Source: an uncultured Bacilli bacterium
GTDB taxonomy: Bacteria; Bacillota_I; Bacilli_A; RF39; UBA660
DNA length: 41,185 nucleotides
Assembly (NCBI GenBank): GCA_947628685.1
Contig: CANRAT010000002.1
Location: 1 to 41,185, forward strand
Reading direction: 5' to 3'
Part shown: piece after piece, positions 1 to 9,383 of the stretch
Layout: each line of letters begins with the position of its first letter
How positions within the stretch are numbered: position 1 is the first letter of the stretch
Made by a program: the position numbers and the translations under genes
The notes under the pieces: generated by a model
What the model saw: only the letters and a program-made list of their open reading frames with translations
The model's database searches: none
What the model was told of the DNA's origin: nothing

Positions 1-132
1 TTTCGGAGATGTATTCTATCATAATTTAACTTAAATTTGCTTTTTTATAATGTCTACTCTATGGGGTGCATTTCAGAAAACATTATTGCTTTTTTTGTAT
101 TTTAATTAAAATATTGTAAATAATAACATTAG

Positions 133-864
133 GTGAAGAACATGAATATAGATTTTAACGAACTATTAGATGTAACTTTAAGAGCACTTTCTTCTTTAGT
201 GACGCTCTTTTTAATAACTAAAATGTTAGGTAAAAAACAAGTTTCTCAACTTTCACTTTTTGATTATGTAATTGGAATTTCAATTGGTAATTTTGCTGCT
301 GAAATGACAATTAATTTAGAGTCAAACGAAATAAACGGGATACTTGCAGTCATAATATTTGGCGTATGTGCATACATAGTATCTTATTTAACAATGAAAA
401 GTATAACTCTTAGAAGATTTTTTATGGGCACACCTACTGTTATAATTCAAAATGGTAAAATATTAGAAAAAAATTTAAAAAAGGTTAAATTTGATATAAA
501 TGATATGTTGGAAGAAATAAGAGGTAATGGATATTTTGACCTTTCTCAAGTTTCATATGCAGTAATGGAAGCAAATGGTAAATTAAGTATACTTCCAAAG
601 CCAGAATATAGGCCCCTAACTCCTGATGATATGAAAGTAAAAGTATCAAAAGAAGGATTATGCGCAAATGTAATTATAGATTCAAAAATAATGTATAACA
701 ATTTAAAATATATGAATAAAGATGAGAAATGGTTAAATAATCAACTCAAAGTAAAAGGATATACTGATACTTCAAAAATCTTACTTGCAACTTTAGATAT
801 TAATGAAAAATTGGTTATATATGAAAAAAATTTAGAAGAAAAATCTCTAAACATATTAGAATAA
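133..864 (+). CDS. DUF421 (YetF/YdfS-like) membrane protein
   Basis: 243-aa ORF with N-terminal TM helices and a soluble C-terminal half. The motif LGKKQVSQLSLFDYVIGISIGNFAAE is recalled as typical of DUF421. GTG at 133; alternative ATG at 142. Confidence 0.7.
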   Translation: MKNMNIDFNELLDVTLRALSSLVTLFLITKMLGKKQVSQLSLFDYVIGISIGNFAAEMTINLESNEINGILAVIIFGVCAYIVSYLTMKSITLRRFFMGTPTVIIQNGKILEKNLKKVKFDINDMLEEIRGNGYFDLSQVSYAVMEANGKLSILPKPEYRPLTPDDMKVKVSKEGLCANVIIDSKIMYNNLKYMNKDEKWLNNQLKVKGYTDTSKILLATLDINEKLVIYEKNLEEKSLNILE

Positions 865-951
865 ATTGTAAAAATGTGTAAATAAAATGAAAATAATGGT
901 AATTTTCGTGACAATAAAAAATATATTTGATATATTATAATTGGTGATGGT

Positions 952-1398
952 ATGAAAAGACATTTTTGTGCATCTGCATTTGTGGTAAATCCATATGATA
1001 AAAAAATATTATTAATTAAACATAAAAAAAATAAAAGATGGACACAACCAGGTGGGCATATAGAAGGTAATGAAACACCTGAAGAAACTGCATTAAGAGA
1101 AGTATATGAAGAAACAGGACTTAGGGTTAGATTACTAGGAGAAAGATTTCCTAGAGAAGATGACTACATTAGACCACTAGGAATTCAAAGGAATAGAAAG
1201 ACTTTAAATGACGGAGAAACACATATACACGTAGATATAATATATGCAGCAATACCAAATGATGATTCAAAATTAGTGCTAAACAAAGAAGAAAGTGATG
1301 ACATAGGTTGGTTTTCTAGGGAGGAGTTAGAACACATAGATTGCTTTCCTGATATAAAAATAACAATGGATTATATACTGAAAAATATAATAAAGTGA
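952..1398 (+). CDS. NUDIX hydrolase
   Basis: Complete Nudix box GX5EX7REUXEEXGU is present: [23 protein letters not shown]. Confidence 0.9.
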   Translation: MKRHFCASAFVVNPYDKKILLIKHKKNKRWTQPGGHIEGNETPEETALREVYEETGLRVRLLGERFPREDDYIRPLGIQRNRKTLNDGETHIHVDIIYAAIPNDDSKLVLNKEESDDIGWFSREELEHIDCFPDIKITMDYILKNIIK

Positions 1399-1442
1399 AC
1401 CATATCGGTTCTTTTTTGGTATAAATAAATTTTAAATATATA

Positions 1443-1470
1443 TTGCTTTTTTTTTAAAGTGTGCTATAAT
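1443..1470 (+). promoter_or_regulatory. Candidate sigma-A promoter for typA
   Basis: TTGCTT (1443-1448), 16-bp spacer, extended -10 TGcTATAAT (1462-1470). RBS GAAGGAAG precedes the TTG start at 1500. Confidence 0.4.
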
Positions 1471-1499
1471 TGTAACTGTTTTGAAGGAAGTGTATTAAA

Positions 1500-3314
1500 T
1501 TGAAAAAGAAAAATATAGCAATAATTGCGCATGTAGATCACGGTAAAACAACACTTGTTGATAAACTTTTAGAAGCAAGTGGAACATTTAGAGAAAATGA
1601 AGAAGTACAAGAACGTGCTCTAGATTCTAATGATATAGAAAGAGAAAGAGGCATCACAATACTTGCTAAAACTACTGCTATTAATTATAAAGATTATAAA
1701 ATAAACATATTAGATACTCCAGGACATGCTGATTTTGGTGGAGAAGTAGAACGTATAATGAACATGGTTGATGGTGTATTACTTGTAGTGGATGCATATG
1801 AAGGTACTATGCCACAGACTAGATTTGTATTAAAAAAAGCACTTGATGCAAAAGTTAAACCTATAGTAGTTGTAAATAAAATAGATAAAGAATCTGCAAG
1901 ACCAAAAGAAGTAATTGATGAAGTTATGGATTTATTTATTGAGTTGGGAGCAGACATTGAGGACTTAAATTTCCCAGTTGTTTATGTATCTGCTTTAAAT
2001 GGAACATCAAGTTATTCCGATGATATATCAACTCAAGAAAAAGGCATGACGAAAGTACTAGATTTAATTGTAGAAAATATTCCATCTCCAAAAGAAGATT
2101 TTGGACCTTTGCAATTTCAACCTGCATTGCTTGATTACAATGATTTTGTTGGTAGAATTGGTATAGGACTTGTAAAAAGAGGAACTATCAAAGTAAATCA
2201 AATGGTAAGTTGTGTTAGAATAGATGGAAGTATTAAACAATTTAGAGTAGCAAAAATGTATGGATTTATGGGGCTTAAAAGAATAGAAATCACTGAAGCA
2301 AGTGCAGGAGATATAATTGCTATTGCAGGACTTCCTGATATTTCAGTCGGTGAAACAGTATGTGAAATAGGCAAAGAAGAAGCATTGCCACAACTTAGAA
2401 TAGATGAGCCAACACTACAAATGACTTTTGGTGTAAATACTAGTCCATTTTGTGGTAGAGAAGGAAAAATAGTAACTGCTAGAAAAATAGAAGAAAGACT
2501 TCGTAAAGAAACAGAAAAAGATGTATCACTTAGGGTTGATTCAATAGAAAATGATTCAGAATCATTTATTGTTTCAGGTAGAGGAGAATTACATTTATCT
2601 ATTTTAATTGAAAATATGAGAAGAGAAGGATTTGAACTTCAAGTATCAAAACCTGCTATAATAAGAAAAGAAATAAATGGTGTTATGTGTGAGCCTTTTG
2701 AAGATGTACAAATAGACGTACCACAAGATTATGTTGGATCTGTAATAGAAGCACTCGGTAATAGAGAGGGTGTTATGGAGAATATGATTAGCACAGATAA
2801 TCAAGTTAAACTTCATTATACTGTTCCAACGAGAGGGCTTATAGGATTTTCAACTGAATTTATGACCATGACTAAAGGATATGGAATATTAAATCATACA
2901 TATAAAGAGTATAGAAAAGAAGTAGGAACTAAAGTAGGAAGTAGAAGTAATGGAGTTTTAGTTTCTATGGAAAATGGTAAGGCAACTGCATATTCTCTTG
3001 GGAATCTTGAGGATAGGGGTGTAATGTTTATTGAGCCTGGTGTAGATGTTTATGAAGGAATGATCGTTGGAGAAAATAATCACGATAACGATCTTGCTGT
3101 AAATGTTGTTAAAGGCAAAAATTTAACTAATACACGTTCATCTAGTAAAGATCATACTGTAGTATTAAAAAGACCACGCCTTATGAGTTTGGAAATCTGT
3201 TTAGACTATATTAATGAAGATGAACTTGTTGAAGTTACTCCATTAAACTTTAGAATGAGAAAAAGAATATTAAATACAGAACTTAGAAAAAAACAAGATG
3301 CAAAGAAAGAATAA
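1500..3314 (+). CDS. typA: Translational GTPase TypA/BipA
   Basis: 604 aa. G1 AHVDHGKTT, G3 DTPGHADF, G4 NKID, and an EF-G-like domain order without domain IV. TTG start after a good RBS. Confidence 0.95.
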   Translation: MKKKNIAIIAHVDHGKTTLVDKLLEASGTFRENEEVQERALDSNDIERERGITILAKTTAINYKDYKINILDTPGHADFGGEVERIMNMVDGVLLVVDAYEGTMPQTRFVLKKALDAKVKPIVVVNKIDKESARPKEVIDEVMDLFIELGADIEDLNFPVVYVSALNGTSSYSDDISTQEKGMTKVLDLIVENIPSPKEDFGPLQFQPALLDYNDFVGRIGIGLVKRGTIKVNQMVSCVRIDGSIKQFRVAKMYGFMGLKRIEITEASAGDIIAIAGLPDISVGETVCEIGKEEALPQLRIDEPTLQMTFGVNTSPFCGREGKIVTARKIEERLRKETEKDVSLRVDSIENDSESFIVSGRGELHLSILIENMRREGFELQVSKPAIIRKEINGVMCEPFEDVQIDVPQDYVGSVIEALGNREGVMENMISTDNQVKLHYTVPTRGLIGFSTEFMTMTKGYGILNHTYKEYRKEVGTKVGSRSNGVLVSMENGKATAYSLGNLEDRGVMFIEPGVDVYEGMIVGENNHDNDLAVNVVKGKNLTNTRSSSKDHTVVLKRPRLMSLEICLDYINEDELVEVTPLNFRMRKRILNTELRKKQDAKKE

Positions 3315-3350
3315 AAAATAGTAAATAATAAAAAATTTACTATTTTTTTT
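3313..3350 (+). terminator. Rho-independent terminator after typA
   Basis: AAAAAATAGTAAA / TTTACTATTTTTT inverted repeat followed by a T-run. Confidence 0.6.
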
Positions 3351-3436
3351 AAGTTTTTTGAGAAATAAAAAGGAAATTTGAAATTTACAGAGTATGATAT
3401 ATATAGGAAAATCACTAGAGTTTTATTTAGAAGGGG

Positions 3437-4312
3437 ATGGATATTGTGAAAACAGAAACAAAGTTTATAACGCTCAAATTTGATTTAATGTTTAAGAAAG
3501 TATTTGGAGATGAAAATGATTTAAGACCTATAAGAAAATTATTAAAAGAAATATTAGGAATAAATCCGAAAAAGATAAAAATATTAAATAATGAAAAAAT
3601 AGGAATTCCATATAGAGATAAGAAAATAGAAGTAGATTTAATAGTAGAATTATCAGATGGGACAAAAGTAAATGTTGAAATAAATACATATGAAGGAAAA
3701 GAGATAATAAATAGGAATGTATATTATATGTGCAGAAATATAAGTAAAGATTTAAATAGTGGATATTACTATGATAAGATAAGTAAACATATACAGATAA
3801 ATTTAGATTATAAAGGTATCCATACGAAACCAATAATGAGGTATAAATTATATGATAAGAGTGCAAAAGAAGAATTGACAGATATAATGGAAATAATAAG
3901 AATAGATATTCCATATTACACAAAAATGTGTTACAATAAAGATACGAAAGAGTTAGACAGTTTAACCAGATTTATAGGGATGTTTGGATTAGAAGAAAAA
4001 GAGGAAATAAAGGGAATCTGTAATGGAGATGAAGATATGGAAAACATATATAAAAAAGTAGAAGAGTACAATTCAGATTTAGATTTAATGGGAGCATATG
4101 ATTGGGAGTGGCATCAAAAAGAGTTAAAGAGATTAGAAATAAGAGATGCTAAAAAAGAAGCAATTAAAGAAGGACTTAAAGAAGGACTCGAACAAGGAAT
4201 TGAGCGAGAAAAAGTAGACATTGCAAAAAATATGCTAAAAGAAAATATGGATATAAATCTTATTTCTAAAATAACAGGATTATCGTTAAATAAAATAAAT
4301 GAATTAAAATAG
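3437..4312 (+). CDS. Rpn-family recombination-promoting nuclease / PD-(D/E)XK putative transposase
   Basis: 291 aa. The N-terminus KFDLMFKKVFGDENDLRPIRKLLKEILG and a charged helical C-terminus are typical of the YhgA/Rpn (TIGR01784-like) family, as recalled. Confidence 0.7.
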   Translation: MDIVKTETKFITLKFDLMFKKVFGDENDLRPIRKLLKEILGINPKKIKILNNEKIGIPYRDKKIEVDLIVELSDGTKVNVEINTYEGKEIINRNVYYMCRNISKDLNSGYYYDKISKHIQINLDYKGIHTKPIMRYKLYDKSAKEELTDIMEIIRIDIPYYTKMCYNKDTKELDSLTRFIGMFGLEEKEEIKGICNGDEDMENIYKKVEEYNSDLDLMGAYDWEWHQKELKRLEIRDAKKEAIKEGLKEGLEQGIEREKVDIAKNMLKENMDINLISKITGLSLNKINELK

Positions 4313-4334
4313 ATACTAAATTTAGTATCTATTT
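4307..4334. terminator. Bidirectional terminator shared by convergent genes
   Basis: Perfect palindrome AAATAGATACTAAATTTAGTATCTATTT spans the stop codons of the Rpn-like (+) and XRE (-) genes. Confidence 0.6.
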
Positions 4335-4580
4335 ATTATTTTCATCTAAAACACTTTTATCGAAAAAATCTCTAATATCGCATTCAAGAACTCTAGCTAT
4401 ATCTTCAAGAGTATCAATAGATATAGTTTGATGAGTAATTGATTCTAATTTAGCTATGAAACTGTCACTAAGATATAGTGCTTCTGCTAATTCTCTTTGT
4501 TTTAATCCTTTTTTCTTTCTATATTTCTTAATATTTTTTCCGATAATGTTATAAATATCGGATTTTCTGTTTACTGCCAT
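4329..4580 (-). CDS. XRE-family helix-turn-helix transcriptional regulator
   Basis: HTH_3 pattern: GKNIKKYRKKKGLKQRELAEALYLSDSFIAKLE. The ATG at 4580 follows a GGTGAT RBS; the track ORF extends to 4592. Confidence 0.85.
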   Translation of the reverse strand: MAVNRKSDIYNIIGKNIKKYRKKKGLKQRELAEALYLSDSFIAKLESITHQTISIDTLEDIARVLECDIRDFFDKSVLDENNK

Positions 4581-4637
4581 ATATATCACCAACTTAATTT
4601 TATAATAGTTTTACAAAATATTTTATAGACAAATAGT

Positions 4638-5597
4638 CTAATTAGAAAGTAAAATTGTAATCATTTCTTTAAATCCTATACCTGCATTATTGATAAGTTT
4701 AGGGAACATACTTATATTTGTAAATCCTGGCATAGTATTTATTTCATTAAAATATAATTTTTTTTCATCTACATCATAAATAAAATCAACTCTACTTAAA
4801 TCATTACATTTAAGTATTTCAAAAATTACTTTAGAATATTTTTTTATACAATTTCTAATACTTTCATCTATACTTGAAATTACAGTTTTACTTTTATTTA
4901 CATATTTAGATTTATAATCATACCAATTTCCATTATTTATTATTTCACCTATTTCAGAGATTATTAATCTTTTTTTGCATTTTAAAACAGCACATTCTAA
5001 TTCTCTATTATTTTTAATGAACTTTTCTATTATAACATTTTTATCATATTTTAGTGCATTTTTAATACATTTTTTTAATTTTCTTTTATTGTTTGCAATA
5101 CCTATACCAATAGACGAACCACATTTGCACGGCTTAACTATTACAGGATAATCAATTTTACTAAAATCAATATCTTTTTTATAAATAGTATATGGGACTT
5201 GTTCGATACCATATTTTTCTAAAATTAATTTAGTTAATAGTTTATCATATGATATTAAACTTGAAAAAGAATTAGATCCGACATACTTTATATTATATAA
5301 TTCAAACATACTTTGCAATTTTCCATCTTCAAGAGTATTACCATGAATTATAGGAAAAACAATATCAAAACTTTTTGCAAATTCTATAACATTTTTAACT
5401 TTAATCACATTATTATTTTTCCATTTTAAGTCAATTCTTTTATTATTTATTATAAACCATTCATTATTATAGTCAATACCCACTAATGTATATTTAAATA
5501 AACTTTCATCAATATTATCAATTATAAAATTTACTGATTTACACGATATTTCGTGTTCAAAAGAATTCCCACCGAATAAAATCAAAACATCCTTCAC
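4638..5597 (-). CDS. ddl: D-alanine--D-alanine ligase
   Basis: 319 aa. The N-terminus ILFGGNSFEHEISCKS and the ATP-grasp C-terminal motif FNEINTMPGFT are present. GTG start after a GGTGG RBS. Confidence 0.9.
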   Translation of the reverse strand: MKDVLILFGGNSFEHEISCKSVNFIIDNIDESLFKYTLVGIDYNNEWFIINNKRIDLKWKNNNVIKVKNVIEFAKSFDIVFPIIHGNTLEDGKLQSMFELYNIKYVGSNSFSSLISYDKLLTKLILEKYGIEQVPYTIYKKDIDFSKIDYPVIVKPCKCGSSIGIGIANNKRKLKKCIKNALKYDKNVIIEKFIKNNRELECAVLKCKKRLIISEIGEIINNGNWYDYKSKYVNKSKTVISSIDESIRNCIKKYSKVIFEILKCNDLSRVDFIYDVDEKKLYFNEINTMPGFTNISMFPKLINNAGIGFKEMITILLSN

Positions 5598-5754
5598 AAA
5601 ACCACCTATTTAATTTTATGATTAATTTTAAGATGTGTTAAAGCAAAAAAATATTCCTTATTTGAGCAAATAAAATTTATATAAAAGATAGATTTATTCT
5701 TAAAAATATGATAAACTATTTATATATAAAAGAAAAAATGAAAAAGGTGAAAAT

Positions 5755-6540
5755 ATGGGAAAGATAATCGCATTTGTTAATCAAAAAGGTGGTGTTGGAA
5801 AAACAACATCTAGTATAAATTTAGCAGCTTCCCTAGGACTATTGGGACGAAAAACATTACTTATAGATTTAGACCCACAGGGTAATAGTACCACAGGAGT
5901 GGGTATTAATAAAGGTGAGTTTGAAAATAGTGTATATGAACTTTTAATCGGTAAAACTGACGCAAAAAAAGTTGTAGTTAAAACAAAATTTAAAAATTTA
6001 TATCTTATTCCTGCATCGATAAATCTAGCAGGAATTGATATGGAATTAGGCGAAATGTCAAGGCAGGATCCTACGTTTGTGCCACAGTTACAATTAAAGA
6101 AACAATTATCAGAGATAAAAGATGTGTTTGATTATTTAATTATAGATTGTCCGCCATCTTTAAATCTCATTAATACAAACGCACTTGCTGCTGCAAATTC
6201 AGTTATAATACCTGTTCAGTGTGAATTTTTCGCACTTGAGGGAATTATGCAACTTTTAAATTCAATTATGATTGCTCAAAAGAAATTAAACCCTAGTTTG
6301 GATATAGAAGGAGTACTTTTGACCATGCTTGATAATCGTACTAATTTAGGTCTTGAAGTAGTGGAAGAAATAAAAAGTTACTTTAAAGAGAAAGTTTATG
6401 ACACCATAATTCCAAGATTAGTTAGATTATCAGAGGCACCTAGTCATGGTAAACCAATTCATGCATATGATCCAAAAAGTAGAGGAACAGAGGCATATAT
6501 AAATTTGGCCAAAGAGGTGATTGAAAGAAATGGAAACTAA
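5755..6540 (+). CDS. soj: Chromosome partitioning ATPase ParA/Soj
   Basis: Deviant Walker A NQKGGVGKTT. Full-length ParA-like protein immediately upstream of and overlapping parB. Confidence 0.95.
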   Translation: MGKIIAFVNQKGGVGKTTSSINLAASLGLLGRKTLLIDLDPQGNSTTGVGINKGEFENSVYELLIGKTDAKKVVVKTKFKNLYLIPASINLAGIDMELGEMSRQDPTFVPQLQLKKQLSEIKDVFDYLIIDCPPSLNLINTNALAAANSVIIPVQCEFFALEGIMQLLNSIMIAQKKLNPSLDIEGVLLTMLDNRTNLGLEVVEEIKSYFKEKVYDTIIPRLVRLSEAPSHGKPIHAYDPKSRGTEAYINLAKEVIERNGN

Positions 6541-7402
6541 AAAAAGAGCGTTAGGTAGAGGATTAGAACAATTATTTAATTCTGAAAACTTAGATTTAGA
6601 TTCATTTGAAAGAAAAATTTATGAAACTGCTACAAATGAAGAAATAATTGAAATCGATATCAATGATTTAAGACCAAATCCTTATCAACCTAGAAAAGTT
6701 TTTAATGATGAAACTTTAAATGATTTAGCAGAGTCTATTAAGCAGCACGGTGTTTTTCAACCTATTATAGTAAAAAAGAGTATAAAAGGTTATGAGATTA
6801 TAGCAGGAGAAAGAAGAGTTAGAGCATCTAAAAAAGTAGGTTTGACAAAAATTCCTGCAATTATACGTAATTTAAACGATGAACAAATGATGGAAATTGC
6901 ATTACTTGAAAATTTACAAAGAGATAACTTAAGTGCAATAGAAGAAGCAGTTGCTTATAAAACTATGATAGAAAGATTGTCCCTAACGCAAGATGAACTA
7001 TCTAAAAAAGTTGGAAAAAGTAGAAGTCATATAACAAATATACTAGGCCTTCTTAGACTTCCTAAAGAAGTTCAAGAAATGGTTGCTACTAATAAAATAA
7101 GCATGGGACATGCTCGCGTACTTAGTAAACTTGAAGATGATGAAAAAATAATTAACATGGCAAGAGAAATTGTTGCTAAAAAAATACCAGTTAGAGAATT
7201 AGAAGAAGAATCAACTGTTGAAAAGAAAAAGGTAAAAATTACTCGCCATACTCAAACAAATAATGATTATAAATATGTAGAAGAATTGTTTAGAGAAAAA
7301 TTAGATACAAAAGTTAAGATAAAAGATAAGAAAATAGAAATAACATTTACTAATGTTGCAGATTTAAATAGAATATTAGAAGTATTAAACATTAAAGAGT
7401 AA
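6521..7402 (+). CDS. spo0J: Chromosome partitioning protein ParB/Spo0J
   Basis: ParB box GERRVRASK, an HTH region and an N-terminal LGRGLE motif. Overlaps parA by 20 nt. Confidence 0.95.
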   Translation: MKEMETKKRALGRGLEQLFNSENLDLDSFERKIYETATNEEIIEIDINDLRPNPYQPRKVFNDETLNDLAESIKQHGVFQPIIVKKSIKGYEIIAGERRVRASKKVGLTKIPAIIRNLNDEQMMEIALLENLQRDNLSAIEEAVAYKTMIERLSLTQDELSKKVGKSRSHITNILGLLRLPKEVQEMVATNKISMGHARVLSKLEDDEKIINMAREIVAKKIPVRELEEESTVEKKKVKITRHTQTNNDYKYVEELFREKLDTKVKIKDKKIEITFTNVADLNRILEVLNIKE

Positions 7403-7422
7403 TTTTAATTCAGGTGGTATAA

Positions 7423-7608
7423 ATGGAAAAAGAATATGAATTAGGTAGTACTGTAGTTATGAAAAAAAATCATCCTTGCGGAAGTAATGAATGGAAAATA
7501 ACGCGTATAGGAGCAGATATTAAAATAAAGTGTCTTAATTGTGGAAGATCTATAATGTTACCTAGAATAGAATTTAATAAAAAATTAAAAAAAGTTGTAA
7601 AAAATTAG
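7423..7608 (+). CDS. DUF951 family small protein (YyzM-like)
   Basis: 61 aa with HPCGSNEW...CLNCGR zinc-ribbon-like cysteines. It occupies the conserved position downstream of parB seen in Bacillota. Confidence 0.8.
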   Translation: MEKEYELGSTVVMKKNHPCGSNEWKITRIGADIKIKCLNCGRSIMLPRIEFNKKLKKVVKN

Positions 7609-7618
7609 GAGGATTTAA

Positions 7619-9106
7619 GTGAAAAGAAAAAAAAGATATATAGGTCCTGTTGTAGAAATTATTATATTAGCAATAATTGTTTCAGCAATTTGCCTTATAT
7701 TTAATTTAATACATGTAACTGGGTATAAAACCGAAAGTGGAAGTTTTGAAACTACTCTAGTCGTAATTAATAATATAATTAGTTCATCGGGTATAAAGCA
7801 TATACTTAATAATTCATTAATAAATTTTCAAACTTTAGAACCGCTTGTTTTAGTAATATTATCTTTAATTGCAATATCAATACTTGAGGCTAGTGGTTTA
7901 TTAAAACAGATTTTCACACCATTAAGGAAGTTAAAACCTAGAAATATTACACTACTAGTTATGTTTATAGGCATTATATCTACAATTATAGGAGATTATA
8001 GTTATGCACTTTTACTACCTTTAGCAGGAATATTATATAAATATGTTGGAAGAGATTCTAGCCTAGGCGTACTTACTATGTTTATAGCAATAACAATAGG
8101 GTATGGAACTGGAATAATATATAATTATCAAATGTATCAATTAGGTGATATAACAGAACTTGCTACACAAGGAATCGTACAAAATTATAACTATGAATTA
8201 TTATCTAATATATTTTTGTTAATTGCATCAACAGTAATATTATCTGTTGTTGGAACCATAGTTCTTGAGAGATTTTCAAAAAAATATCCAAGAAATGAAG
8301 AAGTCGATAATTTGAATATTTCTAAAAAAGCAAGTAAGATAACTTTAATAGCATTTATAATTATGATTGCTATATTTATATATTCAATAATACCGGGCTT
8401 ACCTCATTCAGGATTGCTTTTAGATAGAACACAACCAACTTATATAGGTAAATTGTTTGCATCTTCATCTCCACTTAATCAAGGATTGATGTTCCTAATT
8501 ATAGCTATACTTATGGTATGTGGATTTATATATGGAACAGTATCTAGAAACATAAAAAATAGTGGTGATTATAGCAAGGCACTTACAAAAACTTTTGAAG
8601 GTACAGGATATGTATTCGTATTACTATTTTTTATATCAATATTGTATGAGATAATAGATTGGACAAATCTCTCAACAGTTATTTCTACCAATATAATAGA
8701 TTTTGTAGGTTCTACTAACTTATCAGGAATATTACTTATAATAATTGCATTTTTATCAATTGTATTAATATCAGTATTTATTCCATCATCAATAACAAAA
8801 TGGAACTTAATCGCACCTATTTATGTACCACTTTTAATGAGAGCAAATATATCACCTTCATTTACTCAATCAATATTTATGGCTGCAGATTCTGTAGGAA
8901 AATTGTTCTCACCAATATATATTTATTTAATAGTTGCAATAGGATTTATGTACAAATATGAAAAAGATTCAAATTTAAGTATAGTTGGTACTATGAGAAA
9001 AATTATGCCTATTGTATTAATATTATCAGTGGTATGGATAGTTATAATAATTGGCTGGTATTTAATAGGACTTCCAATAGGTATTAATTCAAATATTACA
9101 TTATAA
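7619..9106 (+). CDS. AbgT-family (p-aminobenzoyl-glutamate-type) transporter-like membrane protein
   Basis: 495-aa polytopic protein. The N-terminal segment VINNIISSSGIKHILNNSLINFQTLEPLVLVILSLIAISILEASGL resembles the AbgT signature as I recall it. GTG start. Confidence 0.55.
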   Translation: MKRKKRYIGPVVEIIILAIIVSAICLIFNLIHVTGYKTESGSFETTLVVINNIISSSGIKHILNNSLINFQTLEPLVLVILSLIAISILEASGLLKQIFTPLRKLKPRNITLLVMFIGIISTIIGDYSYALLLPLAGILYKYVGRDSSLGVLTMFIAITIGYGTGIIYNYQMYQLGDITELATQGIVQNYNYELLSNIFLLIASTVILSVVGTIVLERFSKKYPRNEEVDNLNISKKASKITLIAFIIMIAIFIYSIIPGLPHSGLLLDRTQPTYIGKLFASSSPLNQGLMFLIIAILMVCGFIYGTVSRNIKNSGDYSKALTKTFEGTGYVFVLLFFISILYEIIDWTNLSTVISTNIIDFVGSTNLSGILLIIIAFLSIVLISVFIPSSITKWNLIAPIYVPLLMRANISPSFTQSIFMAADSVGKLFSPIYIYLIVAIGFMYKYEKDSNLSIVGTMRKIMPIVLILSVVWIVIIIGWYLIGLPIGINSNITL

Positions 9107-9127
9107 AGAACGTTAGGTTCTTTTTTC
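9107..9127 (+). terminator. Terminator after the transporter gene
   Basis: AAGAAC-gttag-GTTCTT stem followed by TTTTT. Confidence 0.5.
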
Positions 9128-9196
9128 TTTCAAAGTAAGCCTTTACACATCTTTACGCATATTTAATCAAAAAATTATAAAAATTAAATTAAGTAA

Positions 9197-9225
9197 TTGA
9201 CCCTTTATAAACAGTAATTTATAAT
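9197..9225 (+). promoter_or_regulatory. Candidate promoter of a small non-coding unit
   Basis: TTGACC (9197-9202), 17-bp spacer, TATAAT (9220-9225). Confidence 0.4.
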
Positions 9226-9231
9226 AAAATT

Positions 9232-9319
9232 GTAATGTCAGGTAGAGATTACGAGTGAGTAGTTCTATATAAGAATAAAGGGGACATTAACGAGGTAGCA
9301 CAATGGCGTGCTATTTTTT
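9232..9319 (+). ncRNA. Candidate small structured RNA (unknown class)
   Basis: About 88 nt lie between a consensus-like promoter and a terminator (TAGCAC-aatggc-GTGCTA + T6, 9296-9319). UAAUGUC (near 9234) can pair with GACAUUA (near 9283). No ORF is present. Confidence 0.25.
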
Positions 9320-9320
9320 C

Positions 9321-9349
9321 TTGACTAGGAAAATGTCCTATGGTAGAAT
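9321..9349 (+). promoter_or_regulatory. Promoter of pilin-like gene copy 1
   Basis: TTGACT (9321-9326), 17-bp spacer, extended -10 TGgTAGAAT (9341-9349). Homologous to the promoter at 24370-24401. Confidence 0.6.
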
Positions 9350-9383
9350 GGGAGTGTAAGTAAACTAAGAAAGGAAGATGTAT

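Noticed and set aside
3437-4312. A bona fide IS element or transposon around the Rpn-like gene.
   Set aside because: I saw no terminal inverted repeats or target-site duplication flanking the gene. Rpn-family proteins are nucleases rather than demonstrated autonomous transposases.
9232-9377. c-di-GMP (class I or II) or preQ1 riboswitch upstream of the pilin-like gene.
   Set aside because: None of the conserved core sequences I remember for these classes is present. The pilin-like gene also has its own promoter downstream of the terminator. It is kept only as an unclassified sRNA candidate.
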